In this document: positions 1 to 9,464 of the stretch, in pieces
How the letters are laid out: every line of letters begins with the position of its first letter
Position numbering within the stretch: position 1 is the first letter of the stretch
Source of the DNA: Eubacteriales bacterium
Lineage (GTDB): Bacteria > Bacillota > Clostridia > Oscillospirales > CAG-272
Length of the DNA: 64,000 nt
Assembly: GCA_045612865.1 (NCBI GenBank)
Contig: JAZKZW010000063.1
Span: 3,911-67,910 of the forward strand
Direction: 5' to 3'
Made by a program: the position numbers and the translations under genes
The notes under the pieces: model-generated
Databases searched by the model: none
Told to the model about the DNA's origin: nothing
What the model saw: only the letters and a program-made list of their open reading frames with translations

Positions 1-46
1 AAAACAGAGAATTTGTGATTATTATTAATTTTTATTCAAAATCCAC

Positions 47-75
47 TTGAAATTTATTTTGCAATAGTGTATAAT
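47..75 (+). promoter_or_regulatory. sigma-A-type promoter candidate for the MreB-like gene (TTGAAA-17 bp-TATAAT)
   Basis: TTGAAA at 47-52, 17-bp spacer, TATAAT at 70-75, about 34 nt upstream of the ATG at 109. Read directly from sequence. Confidence 0.45.
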
Positions 76-108
76 TATATGTGGAAAAATTTATGAAAGG
101 ATTACGGC

Positions 109-1137
109 ATGGTCACTAAAGTAGGACTTGATTTAGGTTATGCTAATATCACAATAAGTGATGTATCCATGGGCATATATAGAGAACCTTCCATAGCTCT
201 TATAAATAAAGAAACCCGCCGTATCGTTTCGGTGGGCAACAAAGCTATTGAAGCAGGAGAGAATATATCACCTGATGAAGGCGTTTTGGTACGCCCATTT
301 AAGAATGGACTTCTTTTTGATAGACAGATTACCGAGGGGATTTTAGATAATGCTATCGCTGCAATACTTCCTGCGGAAAGAGTTAGATGTGTCATCGGCG
401 TTCCATCTGACATTCTTCCTAAGCAAGAGAGGGAACTATTCAGAATGATGCGTGATGCCGGTGTTTCTGACTGCTATTCGGTTAATCGAGCACTTGCTGC
501 TCTTATCGGCGCTGGCTATTCTCCTCTTATGAGTGTTATTTCCGTTAATGTTGGAGCATCGTCTACAGAAGTAATTATTTTGCATCGTGGTCAGATTATC
601 TATTCTTCCAGAGAAGATATTGGTGGTGAAGACTTTGATAAAGCTGTAAAGAGCTATATATTAGAGCAGGGAGATGTAAATATATCTCTTTCTGTAGCAA
701 GGGCCATTAAAGAGCGTTTAGGCGCAGTTTGGCAGGGAAAAGAGTCTGAGAGCATTGAGATAGAGGGAACTCTTTCTCTTACAGGAAACAGAGTAAAAAT
801 GCCTGTTGCGACAGAAGATATTGTTGGAGTTTTTGAAAAGCCGGTTCATAAGTTGCTGCTTGCTATAGCTGATGGAGTTAAAAAGATTCCTTTAGATGCT
901 GTTGAAGAAGTATTTGAAAACGGTATAGTTCTCACTGGTGGAGGATCATTGATTTATGGCCTTGACACTATGGCGAATAAGGTTTTAGGAATTCCGGTAA
1001 CACAGCCAGATGATCCTATGGATTCTGTGGCTAAAGGGTTATCACGTATAAACTCATATATTCCAATAAGAATCAGATCAAACAATAAAAACATAACAAA
1101 ACAGATTGCTAAGTATTATGAAAGTCGAAAGACTTAA
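109..1137 (+). CDS. divergent MreB-family actin-like (ASKHA) protein
   Basis: 342-aa ORF with ATG start and AAAGGA upstream. Actin-fold motifs in MreB order: GLDLGYANI (phosphate 1), NVGASSTEV (phosphate 2), LTGGGSLIYGLD (adenosine), PDDPMDSVAKGL. MreB-sized, but motifs differ from canonical DLGTANT and GGGTTE. Confidence 0.75.
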   Translation: MVTKVGLDLGYANITISDVSMGIYREPSIALINKETRRIVSVGNKAIEAGENISPDEGVLVRPFKNGLLFDRQITEGILDNAIAAILPAERVRCVIGVPSDILPKQERELFRMMRDAGVSDCYSVNRALAALIGAGYSPLMSVISVNVGASSTEVIILHRGQIIYSSREDIGGEDFDKAVKSYILEQGDVNISLSVARAIKERLGAVWQGKESESIEIEGTLSLTGNRVKMPVATEDIVGVFEKPVHKLLLAIADGVKKIPLDAVEEVFENGIVLTGGGSLIYGLDTMANKVLGIPVTQPDDPMDSVAKGLSRINSYIPIRIRSNNKNITKQIAKYYESRKT

Positions 1138-1163
1138 TCATTATAAGCATGAAAGGAAAAAGT

Positions 1164-1283
1164 ATGAAAAACACAAAGCTCGGTACAAAAGTTGTTGCAG
1201 GTGTTATTGCAGGTCTTATGATAATCAGTGCGATGACCACTGCTATAATGATTATAGTAGAATTTTTCGCTCACAATCATTGA
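1164..1283 (+). CDS. 39-aa single-pass membrane peptide (hypothetical)
   Basis: ATG at 1164 preceded by GAAAGGAAAAAGT. Translation is MKNTKLGTKVVAGVIAGLMIISAMTTAIMIIVEFFAHNH, with one clear hydrophobic helix. Starts 27 nt after the MreB-like stop and is followed by a hairpin plus T-run. Below the ORF-track size cut-off. Confidence 0.45.
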   Translation: MKNTKLGTKVVAGVIAGLMIISAMTTAIMIIVEFFAHNH

Positions 1284-1310
1284 TTATAATTTTATAAATT
1301 TCATAAAAAA

Positions 1311-1356
1311 ACATCGCACTCCTTTGAATCAAAATCAGAGTTTGCGGTGTTTTTTG
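1311..1356 (+). terminator. intrinsic terminator candidate after the MreB-like/small-ORF unit
   Basis: ACATCGCACTC (1311-1321) pairs with GAGTTTGCGGTGT (1338-1350) with a 2-nt bulge and one G-U pair. Followed by TTTTT at 1351-1355. Confidence 0.5.
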
Positions 1357-1462
1357 TTTAGAATTTGATAGAGCAGGGAAGAATCATTTTATTTGATGCA
1401 GACTTCCTGTTGAAATTCTGACAGCAAAGAAAAATATATAAATGTAATATATCCAAAACAGC

Positions 1463-1661
1463 AACTACACTTTTCCGACCAAGAGACTTTTGCCGGTGGA
1501 GACGTGTGGACATGCTAAAATAAACAAAGTAATTTGTTGAAAGTTATCACCATAAAAACTATACAATTCCGAGATTTCGCCAATCAATATCTAAAAAGAT
1601 TAACTATAAAAGGAAAATGTCAATTATTTATAAAACAAAATCACAACGGAAAAGTGTAGTT
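1463..1661. repeat. 199-bp element bracketed by a perfect 15-bp inverted repeat; candidate structured sRNA or MITE-like element
   Basis: AACTACACTTTTCCG at 1463-1477 is the exact reverse complement of CGGAAAAGTGTAGTT at 1647-1661. A third, direct, degenerate copy CGGAAAAGTATAAT lies at 1691-1704. No ORF of 60 aa or more lies within the element. Confidence 0.6.
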
Positions 1662-1763
1662 ACGCATGTTTTTATAAAAAAGCATTACGTCGGAAAAGTA
1701 TAATGCGTTGCGAAACAAAGCAGCTTATCTAAACAAAATAAAAATGATGATAACCACATGCCT

Positions 1764-1802
1764 ATAGAAAAATCCCCCCTTGACACAATCAAGAGGGGAT
1801 TT
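1764..1802 (-). terminator. intrinsic terminator of ftsZ
   Basis: 14-bp stem with one mismatch (1770-1783 with 1789-1802) and loop CACAA. On the minus strand it runs into a U-rich tract (GGGGGGATTTTTC). Begins 28 nt after the ftsZ stop. Confidence 0.75.
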
Positions 1803-1829
1803 AAATGATTATAGTTTAAGTATCGAAAA

Positions 1830-3098
1830 TTATTTAAGTTTTTTAGCCTTAACGAATTTAGACCAAATATCTTCGTAATCTTCATATCCGGAGTCATATT
1901 CCTTTGCGATACTGCTTGTCTTTACTTCTGGTTCAACAATAGTTCTCTGCTGAGGAACTACAACCGGTTCTTCTTCAACAACAGGTGTTTCTTCTACTAC
2001 AGGTGCTACATAAACAGGAGTAGCTACGGGAGCAGGTGTAGCGTATACAGGAGTTACAACGGGAGCCGCAACAGGAGCTGTATATACAGGAGTAGGTCTA
2101 GTTACAGTTGTGGTTGTATGAGATGCTTCACGTTCTTCTTCGGGCTTAATAAATCCGGTAGCAATGATTGTAATGCGCATTTCGTCAACAAGATTGGAGT
2201 CGAATGTTGCACCCCAAATAATGTTTGCATCGGGATGTGCTTCTGCATGGATCATATGAGAGGCTGTATCGATTTCATCAAGCTGAATATCTTCGGATGC
2301 GGTGATGCTAATAAGAACACCTGTTGCACCTGCAATGCTTGTTTCAAGAAGAGGAGAGGAGATAGCAGTCATAGCAGCAAGCTGTGCCTTATCAGCGCCC
2401 TTAGCAGATCCAACGCCCATATGAGCATAACCTGCATTCTTCATGATAGAGGTAACGTCAGCAAAGTCAAGGTTGATAAATCCGGGAACGTTAATGAGTT
2501 CAGAAACGGACTGTACACCACGACGAAGAACGTCATCTGCAATTTCAAAAGCATTCGCGAGAGTAATGTGTGTATCTTCTACCTGCTTAAGTCTTTCGTT
2601 AGGAATAACGATAAGAGAGTCAACATGCTTGGAGAGTTCAGCAATACCTGCTTCAGCCTGTGCATATCTTCTTTTGCCTTCGAAAGCAAAAGGTTTGGTT
2701 ACGATACCAACAGTGAGGATGCCCATTTCCTTTGCAGCCTTAGCGATAACTGGAGCTGCGCCAGTACCTGTTCCACCACCCATACCTGCAGTGATGAATA
2801 CCATGTCAGTACCCTTAAGTGTGTCTTTTACAGCTTCGATAGATTCTTCTGCGCTACGCTTTCCAACGTCAGGATCTGCGCCTGCACCCTTGCCGCGTGT
2901 GATCTTATCACCTATAACAAGCTTCTTTGCTGCGCAAGAAGTATCAAGAGCCATGCTGTCTGTATTAACAGCAATAAACTCAACGCCTCTGATGTTGGTA
3001 GAGATCATACGGTTAACAGCATTGTTTCCGCCTCCACCTACGCCAATAACTTTTATCTTAACACCACTATCGTGTATCTGTTCGAAATCAAATTCCAT
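1830..3098 (-). CDS. ftsZ: cell division protein FtsZ
   Basis: Tubulin signature [14 protein letters not shown] and [13 protein letters not shown]. Start re-called to the ATG at 3098 (MEFDFEQ...), which has GGAGG 7 nt upstream; the track's 24-aa extension has no RBS. P/V/T/A-rich linker and a basic C-terminal peptide. Confidence 0.97.
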   Translation of the reverse strand: MEFDFEQIHDSGVKIKVIGVGGGGNNAVNRMISTNIRGVEFIAVNTDSMALDTSCAAKKLVIGDKITRGKGAGADPDVGKRSAEESIEAVKDTLKGTDMVFITAGMGGGTGTGAAPVIAKAAKEMGILTVGIVTKPFAFEGKRRYAQAEAGIAELSKHVDSLIVIPNERLKQVEDTHITLANAFEIADDVLRRGVQSVSELINVPGFINLDFADVTSIMKNAGYAHMGVGSAKGADKAQLAAMTAISSPLLETSIAGATGVLISITASEDIQLDEIDTASHMIHAEAHPDANIIWGATFDSNLVDEMRITIIATGFIKPEEEREASHTTTTVTRPTPVYTAPVAAPVVTPVYATPAPVATPVYVAPVVEETPVVEEEPVVVPQQRTIVEPEVKTSSIAKEYDSGYEDYEDIWSKFVKAKKLK

Positions 3099-3193
3099 TT
3101 TTAATCCTCCACTTTCTCTCTGCTTAGTTTTCATTAGTCTATGATATAGAGTGGCGCTTAACCCACTCAAGTTTACATATATTTACGCATATA

Positions 3194-3222
3194 ATTATAT
3201 ATTATTTTGATTTTATTTTCAA
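3194..3222 (-). promoter_or_regulatory. sigma-A-type promoter candidate for ftsZ (TTGAAA-17 bp-TATAAT on minus strand)
   Basis: Minus-strand TTGAAA at 3222-3217, 17-bp spacer, TATAAT at 3199-3194, about 95 nt upstream of the ftsZ ATG. Confidence 0.5.
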
Positions 3223-3437
3223 GATAATAGTTTAAAATATTTTATTGTTTACAAAATACTTATAAATAAAAATATAATATTAGGCAGAATGATATTTGTG
3301 TGACAAAAAATGGAATTTATTGACTTGTTTTGTCGGTAAAAAAATACATTTTGGAATATAAATCATTCAAAATGTAAAAAATGTTTTCTTTTTTGATAGA
3401 TTTATTCAACTAAATGCTATGAAACAAATTTGATATT

Positions 3438-4544
3438 TTAGGGCAGAATGCAGTTTTGGCGGTTTGAAATAATCCTTGAAATTGCTTCTGCAGAGTTGAT
3501 TTTGCTTAGCGTTTTAACATTGTTCTCTATTGTTTTTCTTAAGCTTTTTGAATTAGTTAGGAGGTCAATTTTTTGCATAAGGTTTTCGTAACACAGCTCC
3601 TTTTCTTCGATTAATATAGCGGCATTGCGTTGTGATAGATACTTCCCATTTTCAAACTGATGGTTGTCGGTTACATTTGGCGAGGGGATCAATATTGATG
3701 CTCTTCCTGTAGCTGATATTTCCGAAAGCGTTGTTGCGCCACACCGGCATATTAATATATCAGATGCTTGCATGTAAACAGCCATATTATCTATTTTTGG
3801 CAATATTTGGCACCCGTTAATTCCTTTTGCAAATTCGGGATGACGATTGGCTATATCGTTGAAATATTTTTCACCTGTTGCATGTATATGTCTAATTTGT
3901 TTTTTGTTTTTACTGTATTTATCCATTACCTCGATAATGGTATCATTAAGTTTTTTTGAGCCACCACTGCCACCAAAAGAGAGTACTAATATCTCGTTAT
4001 TTTTCAAATGTAGTTTTTCTCTTACTTCATTTCTTTGGATGTAGGAAAAATCTGATAACAATGGATTTCCAACAATCATAGACTGCTTTGCATAAGGGAG
4101 TCGATCCTTTGTTCCCTCATAGTTTAGTAATAATGTGCCACCTAACCTTGATATTATTTTTGTTACTCGCCCCGGAACTATATTTGATTCGTGTATAAAT
4201 GTTGGGATTTTTAAAATAACTCCGAGAAGTAATGGAGCGAATGAAACATAACCACCAGTACCAAATATTACATCGGGCTTAAATTCTCGTATAATCTTAT
4301 TACATTTCACTAATGCTCTTGTGTTAACGGTTATTGCTTTCATAGCTTTATTGCTATTAAATCCGCATGCAGGAATTTCTTTAATGGTAAAATTGCGATT
4401 TCGAACTGCGTCATTTTCTTTTCCGTTTTCTCGTAGAATAAAAAGTATATCGGCATTCTTATCGATTTCTCTAATTTTTTCGGCTACTGCTATTGCAGGA
4501 TTTGTATGACCCAGTGTTCCACCACCTGTGAATACGTACTTCAT
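3438..4544 (-). CDS. murG: UDP-GlcNAc:lipid I N-acetylglucosaminyltransferase MurG
   Basis: N-terminal GGGTLGHTNPAIAV G-loop. 368 aa. 4-nt ATGA overlap with upstream ftsW. dcw context. Confidence 0.93.
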   Translation of the reverse strand: MKYVFTGGGTLGHTNPAIAVAEKIREIDKNADILFILRENGKENDAVRNRNFTIKEIPACGFNSNKAMKAITVNTRALVKCNKIIREFKPDVIFGTGGYVSFAPLLLGVILKIPTFIHESNIVPGRVTKIISRLGGTLLLNYEGTKDRLPYAKQSMIVGNPLLSDFSYIQRNEVREKLHLKNNEILVLSFGGSGGSKKLNDTIIEVMDKYSKNKKQIRHIHATGEKYFNDIANRHPEFAKGINGCQILPKIDNMAVYMQASDILICRCGATTLSEISATGRASILIPSPNVTDNHQFENGKYLSQRNAAILIEEKELCYENLMQKIDLLTNSKSLRKTIENNVKTLSKINSAEAISRIISNRQNCILP

Positions 4545-5686
4545 ATGCTTTTTCTCCCGTTATTTGATATCGAAAGTATTATTCCCACTTCAATAAATAT
4601 CATAATTAATGATGAACCGCCATAGCTGAAAAAGGGAAGTGATATTCCTGTGTTTGGTATGGTGTTTGTAACAACAGCAATATTAAGCATAACCTGTATT
4701 GCGATTTTAATAATTATTCCAAAAACCGCTAGTCGAGAATATGTATCGCGTGAATGTAGACCTATGAGTACTCCACGCCAAACGAGCAGTGCAAAAAGAA
4801 TCATTGCCATTGTAGCCCCAAATAATCCGAGCTCTTCGCATAGGATGGCAAATATCATATCATTGGCAGGCTCGGAAACGTAGCAATGCTTTAGCACGCT
4901 ATTACCATATCCAACACCAAAAAGTCCGCCCGATCCAATTGCCATAAGCCCTTGCAATGTTTGCCATCCTCCCGTTAATTTATATTCTTCGGGATTTTGC
5001 CACACTGTGATTCTTTCTTTTGTGTAATCAGTAAACAGCGCGAGGAATGTGATAGCGACTACTCCTATTGCAACGAATCCGTAGATGTATTTTGGATTAA
5101 TTCCCGAAATAAATATAATAGTTATTCCAATCAATCCCAGAATGATAATGCAAGAAAGGTGCTTTTGCAGCATAACCAGCACGACGGGCAAAAGCAGGAT
5201 TAGGCATGGAAATAAAATACCCCATAAAAATGAAGTTTTCTCGTTTCTAAAGTCACATGCCAACTGCTCTTTTTCAGAAAAATATCTTGCAAGCATAAGA
5301 GGAATTGATAGCTTTGCTATTTCAGAAGGTTGTATTGTTAATGGACCTATTGATATCCAACGTTTGGCACCGTTTCCTACAAACCCTATAACTAGTACTA
5401 AAAGCAGCAAGGCTATTGTAACGAAATACAAATGTGATGTGTACTTCTTAAATATGCTAACGGGGATTTTGGCAACACCTATCATTGCAGCGATACCAAG
5501 TAAAATCCAAATAGTTTGCTTTTTAATAAAGTACATATGGTCGTCATATCTTTTTTCGGCGTAAGCAACACCTGCACTAAAAACCATTAAAGTTCCATAA
5601 AGTGTAAGCGCAATAACTATAAGTAGAAAGATTACATCATAGTTAAAAAATCCTGTTTTGCTCTTTTTTATGTTGTTTATATTCAT
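4541..5686 (-). CDS. ftsW: SEDS-family peptidoglycan polymerase FtsW/SpoVE/RodA
   Basis: About 10 TM segments. SEDS motifs SEPANDMIFAILCEELGLFG and LPFFSYGGSSL. Lies between mraY and murG. Confidence 0.9.
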   Translation of the reverse strand: MNINNIKKSKTGFFNYDVIFLLIVIALTLYGTLMVFSAGVAYAEKRYDDHMYFIKKQTIWILLGIAAMIGVAKIPVSIFKKYTSHLYFVTIALLLLVLVIGFVGNGAKRWISIGPLTIQPSEIAKLSIPLMLARYFSEKEQLACDFRNEKTSFLWGILFPCLILLLPVVLVMLQKHLSCIIILGLIGITIIFISGINPKYIYGFVAIGVVAITFLALFTDYTKERITVWQNPEEYKLTGGWQTLQGLMAIGSGGLFGVGYGNSVLKHCYVSEPANDMIFAILCEELGLFGATMAMILFALLVWRGVLIGLHSRDTYSRLAVFGIIIKIAIQVMLNIAVVTNTIPNTGISLPFFSYGGSSLIMIFIEVGIILSISNNGRKSI

Positions 5687-6669
5687 GTGTTACCTCTAAT
5701 CAGTGGGAAGGCAAATAAGGATAGAATGAATGTTACTATCACAGCTATAATACATATTTTGTTTTCATCAAATCCTTTTTTTTCCAAGTGATGATGTAAA
5801 GGTGACATTTTAAATAAACGTTTTCTCGTTTTTTTGAAATACAGTACTTGTAGGATTACCGAAACGCCCTCTATAACATATACACCGCAAATAAGCAAAT
5901 ATGCCGGTAGCGAACGCATCGAAAAGGCGACAGATGCAACTATTGCTCCTAAAAACAAAGAGCCGGTATCTCCCATAAATATTTTGGCAGGATGTATGTT
6001 GAATAATAAAAATCCCAGTGTTGCTCCTATCGTAACGATTGATATTATCCAAGACACATTGTCTTTAGAGAATGAATATAAAAAGCTGCACACAGCAATG
6101 GCAAAAGCTACCGAAGTAGCAAGTCCGTCAACTCCATCTGTAAGATTAGCACAATTAATAATTCCTAGCAGAAAGATAAGAGCAAGTGGATAGTAGAATA
6201 CGCCTAATTCAATTGGATATTTGCCAAAAAATATAGAAGTATCATCTCTCAAAATAAGGTTTCTTAACAAAAGAAATATAACAGACACAACAAGCTGAAG
6301 AAAAATCTTTTGTCTTGGTGTTAACCCGCCATTCTGAGATTTTTTAAGCTTAGTAATATCGTCTGCCACCCCTATCAAAGAATTTGCAACAGAAAAACCT
6401 AATGCGATAGCCAATGATATTCCGTCATATTTATTTTCGTCATTAATAAGTATAATGATCGTGGCAAGCAACACAACACATATAGGTAAGATGAACCCCA
6501 CTCCTCCCATAGTTGGAGTTCCGCTTTTACTTAAATGCCATTTTGGTCCGTCTTCATATATAGGTTGCTTAGCTATTTTTGATAGTTTTGGAATTAATTT
6601 TCTCAGCATTACAATTGTCATAATCAAAACCGACAAAAGTAACAACAAATATATATGCTTTATGTTCAT
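5683..6669 (-). CDS. mraY: phospho-N-acetylmuramoyl-pentapeptide transferase MraY
   Basis: Motifs GTPTMGG, NLTDGVDGLA and MGDTGSLFLG. 328-aa polytopic membrane protein. Confidence 0.96.
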   Translation of the reverse strand: MNIKHIYLLLLLSVLIMTIVMLRKLIPKLSKIAKQPIYEDGPKWHLSKSGTPTMGGVGFILPICVVLLATIIILINDENKYDGISLAIALGFSVANSLIGVADDITKLKKSQNGGLTPRQKIFLQLVVSVIFLLLRNLILRDDTSIFFGKYPIELGVFYYPLALIFLLGIINCANLTDGVDGLATSVAFAIAVCSFLYSFSKDNVSWIISIVTIGATLGFLLFNIHPAKIFMGDTGSLFLGAIVASVAFSMRSLPAYLLICGVYVIEGVSVILQVLYFKKTRKRLFKMSPLHHHLEKKGFDENKICIIAVIVTFILSLFAFPLIRGNT

Positions 6670-6678
6670 TTTAATTTC

Positions 6679-8037
6679 CTATCCAACAAGGTTTATGATT
6701 CGTTTTAGGTTGATTTTATGAGATGCCTTTGCAAGGATTATATCATTCGGTAAAAGCATTTTGCATATTTGAGCAGCTGTGACCTCTGGAGAAGATACAT
6801 CTTTGTTAATAAATATTCGTCTTTCATTAAAACCGTTGTAAATTGCCCCTTGTGCTATATATTCAACTTGGTTACCTATCAAAAAAATATATTGAATATC
6901 AGATTTTGCCAAGAGAGCTCCTATTTGATAATGTATGCTTTGGCTCATTTCTCCTAGCTCTAATATATCGCCAAGAAGAACGTGCCTTTTTCGTACTTGT
7001 GGTATTTTATTTAGCATTGTGATAGCAGCACAAACAGATTCATAAGATGCATTGTATGAGTCATCAAGTATAAAAAAACCTTTACTGGATAATACAGTTT
7101 TATGTCTAAAGTTGCTGTCGTCAATGCTTAATATTCCACGATATATATCGTCTATATCCAGCCCAATCTCCATAGCCGCTGCCGTAGATGCCGCTAGACA
7201 GTAAATTAGATGTTCTGCGCTAGAAGCAAAGTTGAATATCTTTTGCAAAGCTCCTTTTATGTAGAGTTCATATTGGTTAAAGCTATTTTTTCTAATTAGC
7301 ACATCAGCATTTTTATATTCGTTAGAAAAATAGGTTATTCGCGGGTACGCCGTTGATAGCAGAGGTTCATTACACGGGAGTATAAGGTTGTTTTTTAAGC
7401 TTTCTGTTATTTCAAGTTTAGCTTTAGCAATGCTTTCTTTACTGCCAAGATTTCCTATATGAGCGCTACCTATTCGGGTGATAATACCAATGTCGGGAAA
7501 CAATGCAGATGATAAAGTTCGTATCTCGCCCATATTATTCATACCAATCTCTGCAATTAAAACTTCAGTATTAGCAGGAGCAGATAAGATAGTAAAAGAA
7601 ACACCTATGTCATTATTGAAGTTTTCCCAGGTGGAATGCGTTTTATATCTGATTGTCGATATTTTTGCAAGCATTTCTTTGGTGGTGGTTTTTCCTACAC
7701 TTCCGGTAATAGCTACAGTGTATTTAAGCTTTGGCAAATGCCGCTTATAAAACGCAGCGAAAGATAGCAGCGCCGCATTAGCAGAATCAACCTTTATTCC
7801 GTATCTTTTAACAACTGGTCCGACAGGAATAGCCCCTTTACTAATCGCATCGTTTATGAATGAATTTCCATCATAGTTTTTCCCAGTAAGTGCAAAAAAT
7901 ATGTCACCGTCATAGCACTCTCTGCTATCAGTTGATATAGCGTGTATAGTTTGGTTTTTTATTTTTCCATAGAATATACCGCCAACAGAGGAGAGAACAT
8001 CAAAAAAATCCTGTTTAATGGCTAGTTCGATTCTCAT
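6679..8037 (-). CDS. murF: UDP-MurNAc-tripeptide:D-Ala-D-Ala ligase MurF
   Basis: Mur ligase P-loop ITGSVGKTTTKEM. 452 aa. Ends in TAG, one of only two TAG stops in the window. Confidence 0.93.
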   Translation of the reverse strand: MRIELAIKQDFFDVLSSVGGIFYGKIKNQTIHAISTDSRECYDGDIFFALTGKNYDGNSFINDAISKGAIPVGPVVKRYGIKVDSANAALLSFAAFYKRHLPKLKYTVAITGSVGKTTTKEMLAKISTIRYKTHSTWENFNNDIGVSFTILSAPANTEVLIAEIGMNNMGEIRTLSSALFPDIGIITRIGSAHIGNLGSKESIAKAKLEITESLKNNLILPCNEPLLSTAYPRITYFSNEYKNADVLIRKNSFNQYELYIKGALQKIFNFASSAEHLIYCLAASTAAAMEIGLDIDDIYRGILSIDDSNFRHKTVLSSKGFFILDDSYNASYESVCAAITMLNKIPQVRKRHVLLGDILELGEMSQSIHYQIGALLAKSDIQYIFLIGNQVEYIAQGAIYNGFNERRIFINKDVSSPEVTAAQICKMLLPNDIILAKASHKINLKRIINLVG

Positions 8038-9464
8038 GTGTATCGCTCCGTTAAGGCTTCTTTAATAATAGACTTTTCATCGAATTCATAATACTGATCA
8101 TCAACAATAGTGTATTTTTCCGGCCCTTTTCCAATTATAGCAATTATATCATTTTCTTTGGCTGATTTTATAGTGAACTTTATGGCCTCCTTTCTATCGA
8201 TATACGTGTGTACATTTCTAGAGATTCCTTTTGCAATTTCTGCAATTATTGAGAGGGGAGACTCATGTCTTGGATTGTCAGATGTTAATATGATTTCGTC
8301 TGCATATAAATCAGCTATTTCACCCATTTTTACACGCTTGCTTGTATCTCTTTCTCCACCGCATCCAAATACAATAAAAAAATTCTGCCCTTGTTTTTTG
8401 CAGGTATATAAACTTTTCACTATGTTTTCAAAAGCATGGGCAGTATGCGCGTAATCAATTACAATAGTTGGAAATTCATTTACTATCTCAAATCTTCCAT
8501 CTATTTTTTTAATACTTTCTAGGCTTTCTTTTATGTTAATCAATGGAATATTAAAGCATTCTAAGGCTCGTATTGCAAGCATAGCATTATACACATTATA
8601 TACGCCGAGAATAGCAAGATTGATTGTTTCGCTTCCTTTTTTGGATTGATAAACAAAAGAAATTCCTTTTAATCCCAGATCCTTTATGTTGGCAACTTTG
8701 GTAGATGCTGATTGTATTGTTCCGCAGCTTTCTGTGTTTAAAAATTGTTTAAGAGCAAGTTGCCCATATACATCATCGCTGTTAACCAGTACTTTTTTGC
8801 TTTGGTGCATCAGAGACGTTTTTGCTGAATAATAATTATCTATATTTTTGTGATAGTCCAGATGATCGGCGGATAGATTTGTAAATATACCAATGTCAAA
8901 ATTTATTGGCGCCACTCGTTCTTGCATAAGTGCATGACTTGATACCTCCATGACTATTACATCAACTCCAAGTTTTTGCATTTTTTGTATTGTGGGATAT
9001 AATATTTCCGGAGGAGGTGTGGTCATAGAATAATCATTATCCGATAGTACATATTCACCCAATGTAATTTTTCCCGTTCCAAAAAGTCCGACTCTAAAAC
9101 CACAATCGCATAGAACCTTTTTAATCATAATTGCGGTAGTGCTTTTACCGTTAGTTCCGGTTATTCCAATAAATTTGATGTTAGATAAGTCGTCACAATA
9201 CATCTTGGCAAATGCTTTTGATAAAGTAGCTCGTATGTTCGATGTTTTAAACGTTGGTGCTCCTGTGTGAAGTGAAAATGAATTATTAGTAATTATTGCA
9301 GATACATTTGGCATGTGTTTTATATATTCCAATTCTGCTTTTTCGTTAATAAGAAATAATAGAGTATTATATTGGCACTTTTTGGGGTCACAACTTATAT
9401 TGCCTATTTCGATGTCTTCGGTTTCATTCGTAATAAGACCGTCAATTAGTAACGAAAGCTTCAT
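8034..9464 (-). CDS. murE: UDP-MurNAc-L-Ala-D-Glu:meso-diaminopimelate ligase MurE
   Basis: P-loop ITGTNGKSTTA. The DNPR motif (TSDNPRHE) is consistent with meso-DAP-adding MurE enzymes. Confidence 0.93.
   Translation of the reverse strand: MKLSLLIDGLITNETEDIEIGNISCDPKKCQYNTLLFLINEKAELEYIKHMPNVSAIITNNSFSLHTGAPTFKTSNIRATLSKAFAKMYCDDLSNIKFIGITGTNGKSTTAIMIKKVLCDCGFRVGLFGTGKITLGEYVLSDNDYSMTTPPPEILYPTIQKMQKLGVDVIVMEVSSHALMQERVAPINFDIGIFTNLSADHLDYHKNIDNYYSAKTSLMHQSKKVLVNSDDVYGQLALKQFLNTESCGTIQSASTKVANIKDLGLKGISFVYQSKKGSETINLAILGVYNVYNAMLAIRALECFNIPLINIKESLESIKKIDGRFEIVNEFPTIVIDYAHTAHAFENIVKSLYTCKKQGQNFFIVFGCGGERDTSKRVKMGEIADLYADEIILTSDNPRHESPLSIIAEIAKGISRNVHTYIDRKEAIKFTIKSAKENDIIAIIGKGPEKYTIVDDQYYEFDEKSIIKEALTERYT

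Noticed and set aside
1106-1297. 63-aa ORF overlapping the end of the MreB-like gene
   Set aside because: Its Cys/Arg/Tyr-rich translation is implausible and it has no RBS. A different frame gives a 39-aa TM peptide with an RBS (1164-1283), which I prefer.
1463-1661. Calling the inverted-repeat element a 6S RNA gene outright
   Set aside because: Only the paired ends, the size and a trailing T-run fit. I could not draw a convincing continuous irregular helix with a central bubble, and I cannot run a covariance model. It is kept as an unassigned repeat and candidate sRNA.
2118-3144. Two long plus-strand ORFs (328 aa and 233 aa) antisense to ftsZ
   Set aside because: These are shadow ORFs inside a strongly supported gene. 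Their translations are Cys/Ser/low-complexity-rich with no recognisable motifs and no RBS.
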